Below the pieces are notes generated by a model. That model was not told where the DNA came from. It worked only from the letters and a program-made list of their open reading frames with translations, and did not search any database. DNA of 51,481 nucleotides. Source: a virus. Taxonomy: Duplodnaviria > Caudoviricetes. How positions within the stretch are numbered: position 1 is the stretch's first letter; each line of letters starts with the position of its first letter. Both the position numbers and the translations under genes were made by a program. This document shows, piece after piece, positions 35,723-43,727 of the stretch. The DNA lies in the IMG/VR virus record IMGVR_UViG_3300031259_000021, positions 1-51,481 of that record; one strand, 5' to 3'.

Positions 35723-36059
35723 GGATCACCTGTTCGCCGGAGAGGTCGGCCAGATACCAGACCTGCATCCCGATGGCCATGGCGGTCTCCGCCTCCTCCC
35801 GGGAGCCCTTGGACTGCTCCCACCCCGGCAGCAGCACCAGGCAGTCCTGACTCGGGTCCATGGAATGGAGGATGGCCCGGCAACGGTCCATGGCCGTCTC
35901 CCAGTCCACCCGGTGGGAGCCGGAGACGTGCGGGACGATGCAGTGGTAGCCGCGCTTGGTCAAGGTGCAGGCGGCCACCAGGGCGGCCATGACGTTCTGC
36001 AGTTCGCGGGTGCGGGTGTCGGCGCTGTACGAGCCGGCCACGTAAACCTGACGGATCAT
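35715..36059 (-). CDS. DUF4406/nucleoside deoxyribosyltransferase-like protein
   Basis: VYVAGSYS and LLPGWEQSKGSREE..A motifs. Confidence 0.7.
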   Translation of the reverse strand: MIRQVYVAGSYSADTRTRELQNVMAALVAACTLTKRGYHCIVPHVSGSHRVDWETAMDRCRAILHSMDPSQDCLVLLPGWEQSKGSREEAETAMAIGMQVWYLADLSGEQVIHA

Positions 36060-36250
36060 GCCTTCTCCTTGCAGTAGCGGTGGAATTCCTGGAAGCCCCG
36101 GGTGAAGTAGGGCAGGGCGTCGATGGGGCAGGGGGTGGGGAGCGGATCCCGGCGGCCGCAGCGCGTGCAGAGGATGTCCACGCCCGGGCCGGGCCGGTCC
36201 GGGGCTGTGGCGATGACCCACTTGACGTCTTTTCGAATGACCTGGCTCAA
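36056..36250 (-). CDS. Small Cys-containing hypothetical protein
   Basis: CTRCG..HRYC; TTGA overlap. Confidence 0.5.
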   Translation of the reverse strand: MSQVIRKDVKWVIATAPDRPGPGVDILCTRCGRRDPLPTPCPIDALPYFTRGFQEFHRYCKEKA

Positions 36251-36498
36251 GCGCTCACCTCGAAAGGGACGGGAGACTCGAAGCCTTGCGCTTCCACGAA
36301 CCGCTTGGCATCGGGCAGATTGAGGAACGGGCCGGCCGGCGCCGGTCCCACCCGGGGCGTCCCGGGCGGTGTGTAGCGGTACTCGGCGTGGTAGGCCCAC
36401 CACCACCCGTCCGGGAACAAGCCGACCTTGTGGCCGTCGCGATGCCGGGAGGTGTGCACCTGGCCCAGGGTGTCGAGCTTGTCGGTCCAGGGGCTCAT
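36247..36498 (-). CDS. Hypothetical protein
   Basis: MSPWTDK start; GPF..L.DAK motif. Confidence 0.5.
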   Translation of the reverse strand: MSPWTDKLDTLGQVHTSRHRDGHKVGLFPDGWWWAYHAEYRYTPPGTPRVGPAPAGPFLNLPDAKRFVEAQGFESPVPFEVSA

Positions 36499-36827
36499 GC
36501 GATGCGCCTCATGGTCCCGGAGTCCAGCAGCCAGAGCATGGTGTTGTAGACGGCCTCGAGGAACATGCGCTCCCGCTCGGCCCGGGGAAGGAGGGGCCCG
36601 CCCTCGGGCCGCCCGTCCACCTGGTGGTGGCAGAGCGGGCATAGGTAAGCGGGGATGTCGTGGGCCTTGTGCCCGGTGCCGTGGCCGTGCGCAATCCGGT
36701 TGGAGTGGCAGGCCACGATGGTTCCCGGTTCCTGGCGCTGCAGGCAGCACATGCAGTAGGGCGCGAACTGGGCGGCGTCCAGGATCCGGGGGTTCCGGTA
36801 GGTCATCGGCTTCGGGCAGGGGCGCAT
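36495..36827 (-). CDS. DUF1364-like zinc/nuclease-domain protein
   Basis: CxC, TIVACHSN, G.G.KAHD and AYLCPLCH motifs. Confidence 0.7.
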   Translation of the reverse strand: MRPCPKPMTYRNPRILDAAQFAPYCMCCLQRQEPGTIVACHSNRIAHGHGTGHKAHDIPAYLCPLCHHQVDGRPEGGPLLPRAERERMFLEAVYNTMLWLLDSGTMRRIA

Positions 36828-37954
36828 TAGTAGCTGATCGCCACGTGGGCAATGGTTTTCATCGTGAGGGCGATGACAACTGCGCGGGCCTGGGCGTGGT
36901 CCAAGCCGGCATTGGTCATGAGGTCCTCCATTGCCTCGGTGTGGATCTTGAGGCGGTGCTGCTTGTTCCGCTCCCGCTCGGCGATGGCGTCGGCCGCCGC
37001 CTGGTCCGCCTCGCGCTGGCGGCGCTCTGCCGCCTGGGTGGCCTCGACACGGGCCTGCTCCTCCCGCTCATCGGCTTCCTTCTTGGCCTGGGCCTCCCGG
37101 GCGTCGGCGGCGCGCTTGGCATCGATGGCAGCGGCCGCGGCGTCCTCGCGTTCCCGGGTGGCTCGCTGCTCGGCCTGGCGCGCGCGCTCCTCGGCCTCCT
37201 CCTTGTCCTTTACGGCCTTCTCGGCGGCCAGCTTGGCCTCCAGCTCGCGGCGCAGGGAAGCCTCCTTCTCGGCCTCGGCCCGCTCCTGGGCCTCCCGGGT
37301 GGCCTTCTCGGCAGCCTCCCGGGCGATCCGGGCTTCGTTGTCCAGCTGGGCCTGCCTGGCGGCGCGGGTGGCCTCTTCGATGTCGCGGGTCCGGGCCCTG
37401 TCGAGAAGCAGGGCGAACTCGTGGGCCAGCTCGATCTCCTTGGCCAGGGCCACGGCTGCTTCCTCAGCCTGGCGTTCGGCCTCGAGGCGCGCCTGCTCCG
37501 CCTCGTAGTCGTCCACCGGCTTGCGGGTCTCGTCGGCCAGGTCGTCGAGGAAATCGCGCATGACCTTCCGGTTGGCGTCCACCAGGCCGATCTCCTTCTT
37601 CTTGTCGGCGACCAGGTCCTTGCCGAGGGCGTCCAGGTAGGTCTTCGCCTTGGTGACCCGGAACGCACGGGAGACGATCTCCTTGCGGCCCTTGAAGGTG
37701 GTCACGTCCGAGACGCAGGAGCGCACGTCGGCGGCGATCTTCGCCAAGATGGGGTCCAGCTGCGCCTGGTCGGTGAACACGCTCTGGACGGTCGCCGGGT
37801 CGAGCTTGACGAGCTCCATGGGTTCGACGGTGCCTTCCAGGGGGGCGAGCTCGAGGGCGCTGCTGCCGTCGATGGAGGGGGCCTGCGCGGGCTTGGCCTT
37901 GCGGGCGAGGGGTTTGACGGGGGCGGGGGCACCGCCGATTTCGAGGTCTTCCAT
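36827..37954 (-). CDS. Conserved phage coiled-coil (Ala/Glu/Arg-rich) protein
   Basis: T.KGRKEI.S.A..V.K.KT.LD..GK.LV N-terminal motif, long coiled coil, C-terminal I.HV.ISY. Confidence 0.75.
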   Translation of the reverse strand: MEDLEIGGAPAPVKPLARKAKPAQAPSIDGSSALELAPLEGTVEPMELVKLDPATVQSVFTDQAQLDPILAKIAADVRSCVSDVTTFKGRKEIVSRAFRVTKAKTYLDALGKDLVADKKKEIGLVDANRKVMRDFLDDLADETRKPVDDYEAEQARLEAERQAEEAAVALAKEIELAHEFALLLDRARTRDIEEATRAARQAQLDNEARIAREAAEKATREAQERAEAEKEASLRRELEAKLAAEKAVKDKEEAEERARQAEQRATREREDAAAAAIDAKRAADAREAQAKKEADEREEQARVEATQAAERRQREADQAAADAIAERERNKQHRLKIHTEAMEDLMTNAGLDHAQARAVVIALTMKTIAHVAISY

Positions 37955-37961
37955 GGGTCAC

Positions 37962-38531
37962 CTATGCGTCGTGGGGCGGTTCGGGGAATTCGTCGGGGTC
38001 GAAGTCGGGGGCGTCGGGTGGTGGCGGTTGCGGTGGCGCAGCTGCGGCCGGCGGCGGGGTGGGCTGGGCCTGTGGTGCGGCCGCGCCCGGGGCTGGCCGG
38101 CTCTCGACCTTGTGCATCACCATGTCGAAGGCCTTCTTCTTGGGGTGCTTGATCTGGACCGTCATGTCGGCGGCGATCTCCGGCGAGCCCCAGATCCGAA
38201 GGCACGGCTGGCCGAACATCTTCCCGGGCGTCTCCACCTTGCCTTCGAAGAGGGTGATCCGCTTGCCGATCCAGTCGGCCAGCATGTTGCCGAACATCGC
38301 CTTGATGCACATGGCGTTCGTCTTGCAGCAGACGAGCTGCATGTCCTTGCCGACGAAGGTGAAGATGGCCTTCAGTTCCGTGCCCTTCTCGCCTTCGAGC
38401 TTCTCGTGCTCGATCTTGGCGATGGTGACGGTGACCTGGTGCCCGTCCAGGGTGCCGGCCTTGAGGAAGCGCCCGGGGTAGAGCTGGTCGAAGTTCTTGG
38501 GCTGGGGGAGGGGTGCTGCAGGTGCGGCCAT
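37962..38531 (-). CDS. Putative ssDNA-binding/annealing partner of the exonuclease
   Basis: YPGRFLKA, KTNA..I..FG..W.GK.ITL; Pro-rich linker, acidic tail; adjacent to RecE-like gene. Confidence 0.5.
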   Translation of the reverse strand: MAAPAAPLPQPKNFDQLYPGRFLKAGTLDGHQVTVTIAKIEHEKLEGEKGTELKAIFTFVGKDMQLVCCKTNAMCIKAMFGNMLADWIGKRITLFEGKVETPGKMFGQPCLRIWGSPEIAADMTVQIKHPKKKAFDMVMHKVESRPAPGAAAPQAQPTPPPAAAAPPQPPPPDAPDFDPDEFPEPPHDA

Positions 38532-38543
38532 GGATGCTCCTTG

Positions 38544-39416
38544 TTATGCAATGAGGCCGAGATCGGAGAGGTCGTTGTCTTCGCTGTTGCTGCCGCCGGC
38601 CCAGCCGGGGAGGTCCAGGTCCATCTCTTCCGTGGCCCGGGCCGGCCACACGTCCGTGGCCTCGCACTCCTGCAGGGTCGCCAGGACGCGCTGGTAGTCG
38701 TCGTGGCCGCGGGTGAGGAAGTCCTCGGTCGCCACGTACACGGCCGGCTCGTAGGGCGCCTTGGACTCGACGGCGAGGGCCACGAACCCGGGGAATTCGT
38801 CGGTGAGGGTGTGGAAGCCGTCGCAGTAGAGGCCGAACTGCAGGTGGTAGCCGAGCCCAAAGGCGTCGCTGGTGAATTTGCGCCGGCTGCTGTTTCGGGT
38901 GGTCTTGAGGTCGCACAGCCAGAACTGGCCGTCCAGGTAGGTGAGCCAGTCAATCCGGCCGTGCATCTTGCGCCCAGTGATGGGGTCCACCCACTGCATG
39001 GTGACTTCGGCTAGGCCGTGCTCCAGGAAGCGGGCCGCGGGGGCGTGGCCGCAGATGGCGGAACGCATGCCCTTCACGTCCTCGAACTCGGAGCGGCTCA
39101 GAATGACCTTGCCGGCGTTGGCTTCCTCGAAGGCGTCCCAGGCTTTGCCGCGCTTGGCCCCGGTCTCCCACAGCACGTAGTCGGTCTTCATCCGGTGCGG
39201 CTCCAGGACGGCGGTGTGGGTCGCTGTGCCCATCATCATGGCCGGCGTGCTGGAGTGGTCCGGGTGGTCCAGTGCCCACTTGTAGTTCAGGGGCGACTGC
39301 ATGGCCTTCTTCAGCTTCGAGGCGCTGTCGCCCTCCAACTGCAGGTACTGGTCGAAGGGCATCCCACAGGTGAAACCGGGCACCTTGTTGGCGGCGATGG
39401 TGGCGAGGTCGATCAT
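38544..39416 (-). CDS. RecE/exonuclease VIII-like PD-(D/E)XK nuclease (DUF3799-like)
   Basis: SASKLK, GTATH..VLEP, GRIDW, DLKTT and YHLQ..Y motifs. Confidence 0.85.
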   Translation of the reverse strand: MIDLATIAANKVPGFTCGMPFDQYLQLEGDSASKLKKAMQSPLNYKWALDHPDHSSTPAMMMGTATHTAVLEPHRMKTDYVLWETGAKRGKAWDAFEEANAGKVILSRSEFEDVKGMRSAICGHAPAARFLEHGLAEVTMQWVDPITGRKMHGRIDWLTYLDGQFWLCDLKTTRNSSRRKFTSDAFGLGYHLQFGLYCDGFHTLTDEFPGFVALAVESKAPYEPAVYVATEDFLTRGHDDYQRVLATLQECEATDVWPARATEEMDLDLPGWAGGSNSEDNDLSDLGLIA

Positions 39417-39622
39417 GAGGCGTGCTCCGTGGAGAAGAGGGGCTGGAGGCCCAGGGCTTCGGGGGTGGGCTCGGTGTCCCGGGCGGCGTCGGCCATGCAG
39501 TCGACGCAGACGCCCTCGTCGAACTCCATCTCGAGGGTGAGGGGCTCACCGCAGGCGCAGAACCTTGTCACGCGCGGGGCCGGAGGCAGGAAGGCGGGGA
39601 AGGGAAGGGCGGCGGAAATCAT
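39413..39622 (-). CDS. Small zinc-finger protein
   Basis: CACGEPL..GVCVDC. Confidence 0.55.
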   Translation of the reverse strand: MISAALPFPAFLPPAPRVTRFCACGEPLTLEMEFDEGVCVDCMADAARDTEPTPEALGLQPLFSTEHAS

Positions 39623-39696
39623 GCGGCCACCTTCAGGGGAGCGATGGGCTCGGGATCGCGGGGCTTGCGCGGCGCAGGGTTGAAGGGGATGATCAT
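39619..39696 (-). CDS. 25-aa micropeptide
   Basis: AAGGAGGT RBS, ATG, stop overlapping the next start. Confidence 0.45.
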   Translation of the reverse strand: MIIPFNPAPRKPRDPEPIAPLKVAA

Positions 39697-39723
39697 GGAA
39701 ACCTCCTTGCACGAGGTGCGATT

Positions 39724-39754
39724 GAGGCCCGGGCGGTTGGAACGTCCGGGCCTC
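39724..39754. terminator. GC-rich hairpin after the first leftward gene
   Basis: GAGGCCCGGGCG / CGTCCGGGCCTC stem; weak U-tract. Confidence 0.4.
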
Positions 39755-39764
39755 TGTTGTTGGG

Positions 39765-40439
39765 CTAGGCGATGGCAGCCGCGGTGACGGCCTCCAGGAA
39801 GCCATCCGGGATGCAGACGTAGTAGGTGAGGCTGGGGAAGTCGACGCGGTTCCAGCCGCCCGAGCTGTCCTTGACCGTGCCGGCCTCCTCGGGGATCCAG
39901 GGCGAGACCTTGCTGCCCGCGGCCGTCATCTTGACCTGGTCGCCGCCCTTGAAGGCCGGCTGCTCCTCTACGGCCGGAGGGGCCGGCGGCTGGGCCGCCC
40001 GGACCTGCTTGGCCATCTCGATCACGCCCAGGTAGCCGCCCAGGTGCACCGGGTTGCCCGTGTGGGTGCGGCGCACGGCCGCCTCGAACTCCTCCAACGT
40101 CCCGTTGAAGCACCCGCAGACGATGCGGTCCTCCTGGAGGTAGATCTGGGTGTAGCCGCACCGGGAGCCGATGGGCCCGACGCTCAGGAAGGGCTTGTAG
40201 TTCTTCGCGCCGTCGAGGTTCGCGCCGTAGAGGTTCGCGCCGTAGAGGTTCGCGCCGTCGAGGTTCGCGCCGTAGAGGTTCGCGCAACGGAGGTTCGCGC
40301 CGTACCCGAACTTGACATCCCGCAGGTCACAGGATGAGAAATCAATCCGGGCGCCCTCCTCATGGTCAGAGTCCAGCCAGAGCTTGCCCTGGGCCAGGAC
40401 TTGGTCCGCTTCTTCCTGGGTGTAGCGCTTCATTGCCAT
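39765..40439 (-). CDS. Pentapeptide-repeat protein
   Basis: ANL(Y/D)G repeats followed by SVGPIGSR..CGCF.GTLEEF domain. Confidence 0.85.
   Translation of the reverse strand: MAMKRYTQEEADQVLAQGKLWLDSDHEEGARIDFSSCDLRDVKFGYGANLRCANLYGANLDGANLYGANLYGANLDGAKNYKPFLSVGPIGSRCGYTQIYLQEDRIVCGCFNGTLEEFEAAVRRTHTGNPVHLGGYLGVIEMAKQVRAAQPPAPPAVEEQPAFKGGDQVKMTAAGSKVSPWIPEEAGTVKDSSGGWNRVDFPSLTYYVCIPDGFLEAVTAAAIA
40204..40304. repeat. 15-bp tandem repeat (about 6.7 copies) encoding the pentapeptides
   Basis: TTCGCGCCGT(A/C)GAGG units. Confidence 0.9.
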
Positions 40440-40557
40440 TGATGTCCCTTTCGTTGAGGGGTTTGGGCATGCCGAAGGCACGGCTCCTGTGAGCTGGGCT
40501 TGGGCGGTTGGGGTGGACTCGGGTTCCGTTCAGGTTGGTTAGGGATCCAACATCCAA

Positions 40558-40586
40558 AGTATGGACATCATGTCCATATTTGTCCA
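40558..40586 (-). promoter_or_regulatory. PL-like promoter overlapped by a 19-bp palindromic operator
   Basis: TGGACA-17-CATACT on the minus strand; TATGGACATCATGTCCATA at 40560-40578. Confidence 0.7.
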
Positions 40587-40621
40587 TGGTCTTTTTTTCA
40601 GAAATTTCGTCCGAACGCCAA

Positions 40622-40644
40622 AAAGCCCCGCAAGGCAGGGCTTT
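40622..40644 (-). terminator. Terminator after the repressor gene
   Basis: AAAGCCC-9nt-GGGCTTT with a T-run on the minus strand. Confidence 0.6.
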
Positions 40645-40662
40645 CCACTATCTTAATTGCGG

Positions 40663-41061
40663 TTACCGCTGGGTCAGCATCCCTTGGACCACCGCTTTCC
40701 ATGTGTTCATGGCGATTTCGCGCTGGGCAGGGCTCAACCGCTGCATGTCAGCGGCCACCGTCCGGAGGTCCACCCGGGTCTCCTCGGTTGTTCCCGCGAA
40801 TTCCTGGGGGTTGAGCCCATCAGGCACCACGTCTGGGTAATCCCAGAAGTCGGCCATCTTGTATTGGCCCTTGGTAAGGGTCACCAGGTTCCGGAGCTTG
40901 TCCTCGCCCGGGCGCCTGGTCTTGTCGGCCATGTACTTATCGAGAGATTGCGGTGATAGTTCCATGGCCAAGGCAACGCCTGCTCGGGACATGCCGAATT
41001 CTTCCCGGCACCAAGTGACGGCATCTCGAAAATTGTCCCAGTGTGCCCAAATCTTGGCCAT
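40663..41061 (-). CDS. CI-like XRE repressor without peptidase domain
   Basis: GMSRAGVALAMELSPQSLDKYM..RRPG HTH; divergent from the cro-like gene. Confidence 0.72.
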   Translation of the reverse strand: MAKIWAHWDNFRDAVTWCREEFGMSRAGVALAMELSPQSLDKYMADKTRRPGEDKLRNLVTLTKGQYKMADFWDYPDVVPDGLNPQEFAGTTEETRVDLRTVAADMQRLSPAQREIAMNTWKAVVQGMLTQR

Positions 41062-41081
41062 TCCCTCATGGTCCGCACCTG

Positions 41082-41136
41082 GGACAAAAAGTCCATGCGG
41101 ACACCTATTGCGAAATAGGGACAATGTGTCCATACT
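41082..41136 (+). promoter_or_regulatory. OR-like operators and PR-like promoter
   Basis: GGACA-AAA-AGTCC at 41082, GGACA-ATG-TGTCC at 41119; TTGCGA-17-CATACT at 41108-41136. Confidence 0.7.
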
Positions 41137-41142
41137 TCCTGT

Positions 41143-41403
41143 ATGGTCTCCCCCTGGAACAATCTCCCCCTTTCCCTCGCCGAAATCGCCCGAAGGTGCC
41201 ACATCTCTGATTCCCTCCTTCGCAAGGTGAAGTCTGGCAAGCGTCCGGCCACTGAGGACCTGGCCGTGAAGATCCACCACGTCACTGGAGGCGCTCTGCC
41301 CTGCTGGGTCCTCCGCCCTGACCGATGGCGGGAAGGGCAGGTTCCGCCGCTGCCTCTTGACCTCGATGTTCATCTTCCAGTCCCCTCAGCGCCTGCGGCA
41401 TGA
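41143..41403 (+). CDS. Cro/YdaS-like HTH
   Basis: LAEIARRC.IS..LL.KV.SG.R..TGG..LRPD. Confidence 0.75.
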   Translation: MVSPWNNLPLSLAEIARRCHISDSLLRKVKSGKRPATEDLAVKIHHVTGGALPCWVLRPDRWREGQVPPLPLDLDVHLPVPSAPAA

Positions 41404-41588
41404 GGCCAGCGATCGAACGGCACCATGTTGCCCACCCTGCTGCCGCGCTCACTCCTGAGCTTGAGCACCAGGCGCAGCTGCGCCGCCTCCGGGTTGTTTT
41501 GCTCCCAGAGGCAGCGGTGCGCCTGTACGCGTTTTTCAGGCAAGCCTGGATCTTCCATCTACCCTCCATTTTCCAAGTGAGACTTTGA
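41400..41588 (+). CDS. Hypothetical protein
   Basis: Overlaps both neighbours. Confidence 0.4.
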   Translation: MRPAIERHHVAHPAAALTPELEHQAQLRRLRVVLLPEAAVRLYAFFRQAWIFHLPSIFQVRL

Positions 41589-41854
41589 TGGTTCAAGGGA
41601 AAGATAGGCCAAATGAACTAATTGTTGATCCATATTCAGTAAACGTACGAAAAATTCTAAACCGCCTCATCGCCGTGCACGACGCGAAGCAGGAGTGGCT
41701 GGCCGAGGTGTGCGGATGCACTACGCAGGCTATGGGCCAGTACCGCAGCGGGAAGCGCCCCCTCCCGATCCACATCGCCGCCCGGGTCGACCTGGCCTTC
41801 GAGTGCCACGAAATGCACGACGAGATGGGGCGCATGGAAGGGAGGGCTTCATGA
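41588..41854 (+). CDS. CII-position HTH protein
   Basis: KQEWLAEVCGCTTQAMGQYRSGKR HTH. Confidence 0.65.
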   Translation: MVQGKDRPNELIVDPYSVNVRKILNRLIAVHDAKQEWLAEVCGCTTQAMGQYRSGKRPLPIHIAARVDLAFECHEMHDEMGRMEGRAS

Positions 41855-41907
41855 CCGCCGAAATCATTTCCTGGGCCGTCTGCATCGCCGCCATGGCCGT
41901 GCTCTGA
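41851..41907 (+). CDS. 18-aa hydrophobic micropeptide
   Basis: GGAGG RBS, ATGA overlap, MTAEIISWAVCIAAMAVL. Confidence 0.4.
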   Translation: MTAEIISWAVCIAAMAVL

Positions 41908-41926
41908 CCCATCTTCTTCCCAAACG

Positions 41927-41950
41927 AAAAGCCCCGCGGTCAACGGGGCT
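41927..41950 (-). terminator. Hairpin with U-tract on the minus strand
   Basis: AAA-AGCCCCG-7nt-CGGGGCT. Confidence 0.5.
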
Positions 41951-41979
41951 GAACTTCAACCGCTTCACAGGAGCGATCC

Positions 41980-42297
41980 ATGAATAATATCAACGAAAGT
42001 GACGCCGCCGTCAAGGCTCGACTGGAGGCGCACACCTACTTCGAGCCCACCACCGGGTGCTGGATCTATACCGGGTGCTGGGACAAGGACGGCTACGGGA
42101 AGGTCCACTTCCGGGGCGAGACGATCCGTGTGCACCAGGCCTCGTTCAGCCTGTTCCGCGGCCGGCTCCGGCGGGGCAAGGAAATCGACCACACGTGCAA
42201 CATCCGCGCGTGCTGGAACCCCGATCACCTCGAGGACGTGAGCAGGGCCTGCAACTGCCGGCGGATCTTCAGCCGGCGGAAAGCGATGGCCGCATGA
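41980..42297 (+). CDS. HNH endonuclease
   Basis: CWIYTG..DGYG, EIDHTCNIRACWNPDHL..N. Confidence 0.85.
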   Translation: MNNINESDAAVKARLEAHTYFEPTTGCWIYTGCWDKDGYGKVHFRGETIRVHQASFSLFRGRLRRGKEIDHTCNIRACWNPDHLEDVSRACNCRRIFSRRKAMAA

Positions 42298-42653
42298 TCT
42301 GGACCATCAAAATCTCCGCCGCCACCCCCAGCGGCAACACGACCCTGCGCAAGCACTGGGCCGCCCGGGGCCGGCAGCAGTTCGACATGTATTTCCTCCT
42401 GGCCGCGGGCCTCAACAAGGTGGCACCCATCCCGGCCGCCACCGGCAAGCGCCGCCTGACCATCGAGCGCCACGGGAAACGGCTGCTCGACGCCGACAAC
42501 CTGGCCGCCGGCTGCAAGGCCCTTATCGACGTCGTCAAGTTCCGGAAGCTGATCCTCGACGACAACCCGGCGGTCTGCGAGCTGGTGTTCCGGCAGGCGC
42601 CCGCCTCCATCCTCGCCCCCTTCACCCTCGTAACCCTGGAAGACATCGCATGA
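42294..42653 (+). CDS. RusA-like Holliday junction resolvase
   Basis: PSGN, LDADNL..GCK.LID and LILDDN motifs. Confidence 0.7.
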   Translation: MIWTIKISAATPSGNTTLRKHWAARGRQQFDMYFLLAAGLNKVAPIPAATGKRRLTIERHGKRLLDADNLAAGCKALIDVVKFRKLILDDNPAVCELVFRQAPASILAPFTLVTLEDIA

Positions 42654-43726
42654 GCAACGTTCGCAGCATTCTCCTTCGTCACATCCGCCTGGACGGCGGC
42701 ACCCAGGCCCGGGTCAAGGTCGACCAGGCCGCCATCGACGAATACGCCGAAGCCATGGAGGCCGGCGCCAGCTTTCCGGCCGTGGTTGTGTTCGAGGACC
42801 ACACCAGCAATCTCCTCTGGCTGGGCGATGGCTTCCACCGTGTGGCCGCCGCCGAGGCCGCCGGCAAGAAGAACATCAAGGCCGAGATCAGGGAAGGCGG
42901 CCTCCGGGAGGCGCGGCTGTTCGCCATCGGTGCCAACGTCACCCACGGCGTGCGCCGGTCGAACGCCGACAAGCGCATGGCCGTCTCCCTGCTTCTTGAT
43001 GACCCCGAGTGGGGCGCCTGGAGCAATCGTGAAATCGCAAGGGTCGCTGGCGTAAGTGAGTTTCTTGTCAGAGATATGAAGGATGAGAGAGTGCGATTAA
43101 ATCGCACCCAGGAGGGCACTGGGGTGCCAACCGTTGGCACCCCGACCAAGGAAAAACCGGCACCTGGGCCAGCCAAAGCCGACAGCACCACCTGGTCCGA
43201 GATGGAGGCTGGCGCCACCGAGCAGGTGTGCGGCGTCTCCGAATCGACCAGGTCATTCCCCTATGTCGATGAAGCCCAGCTCCACCCGGCCGTGCCGCCC
43301 GCCGCCCCCATCAAGGCCGACCCGCTGCCGCCCGGGCCTGACGATCGGGACAGCCGGATCGTGCAGCTCGAGCACCTGGTCGAGGTGAAGGACGCGGAGA
43401 TCGCCGAGCTGACCCGAAAGCTCGAGGAAGCCGGCGCCCAGGTCCAGGAGCTGGCCGAGGAGCTGGCCGCCGCACAGCGGGTGCTGGATGGTGAGGATCT
43501 GTTGAAATCCTTCCAGACCGAGGTCACCCGGGCCCAGGCCCTGGCGCGCACCACCGAGGAGCGGTTCCGGGGCATGCAGAACCAGAACAAGGCGCTGTCC
43601 AAGTCGGCCACCTCCTGGAAGCGGAAATTCGAGGCCCTGGAGCGGAAAACCAAGGGCACACCCGAGCCGGTCGCGGATCCCGAGATCGAATTCGACGAAT
43701 GCCCCTATCCCCCCGTCGAGGTGTGA
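42650..43726 (+). CDS. ParB/Srx-like N-terminal domain + HTH + coiled-coil protein
   Basis: GTQAR, FPAVVVF, DGFHRV, HG..RSNADKR and WSNREIAR motifs. Confidence 0.8.
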   Translation: MSNVRSILLRHIRLDGGTQARVKVDQAAIDEYAEAMEAGASFPAVVVFEDHTSNLLWLGDGFHRVAAAEAAGKKNIKAEIREGGLREARLFAIGANVTHGVRRSNADKRMAVSLLLDDPEWGAWSNREIARVAGVSEFLVRDMKDERVRLNRTQEGTGVPTVGTPTKEKPAPGPAKADSTTWSEMEAGATEQVCGVSESTRSFPYVDEAQLHPAVPPAAPIKADPLPPGPDDRDSRIVQLEHLVEVKDAEIAELTRKLEEAGAQVQELAEELAAAQRVLDGEDLLKSFQTEVTRAQALARTTEERFRGMQNQNKALSKSATSWKRKFEALERKTKGTPEPVADPEIEFDECPYPPVEV

Positions 43727-43727
43727 G

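Noticed and set aside
40204-40304. CRISPR-like repeat array
   Set aside because: Contiguous 15-bp units with no spacers, in frame within a pentapeptide-repeat gene; no cas genes
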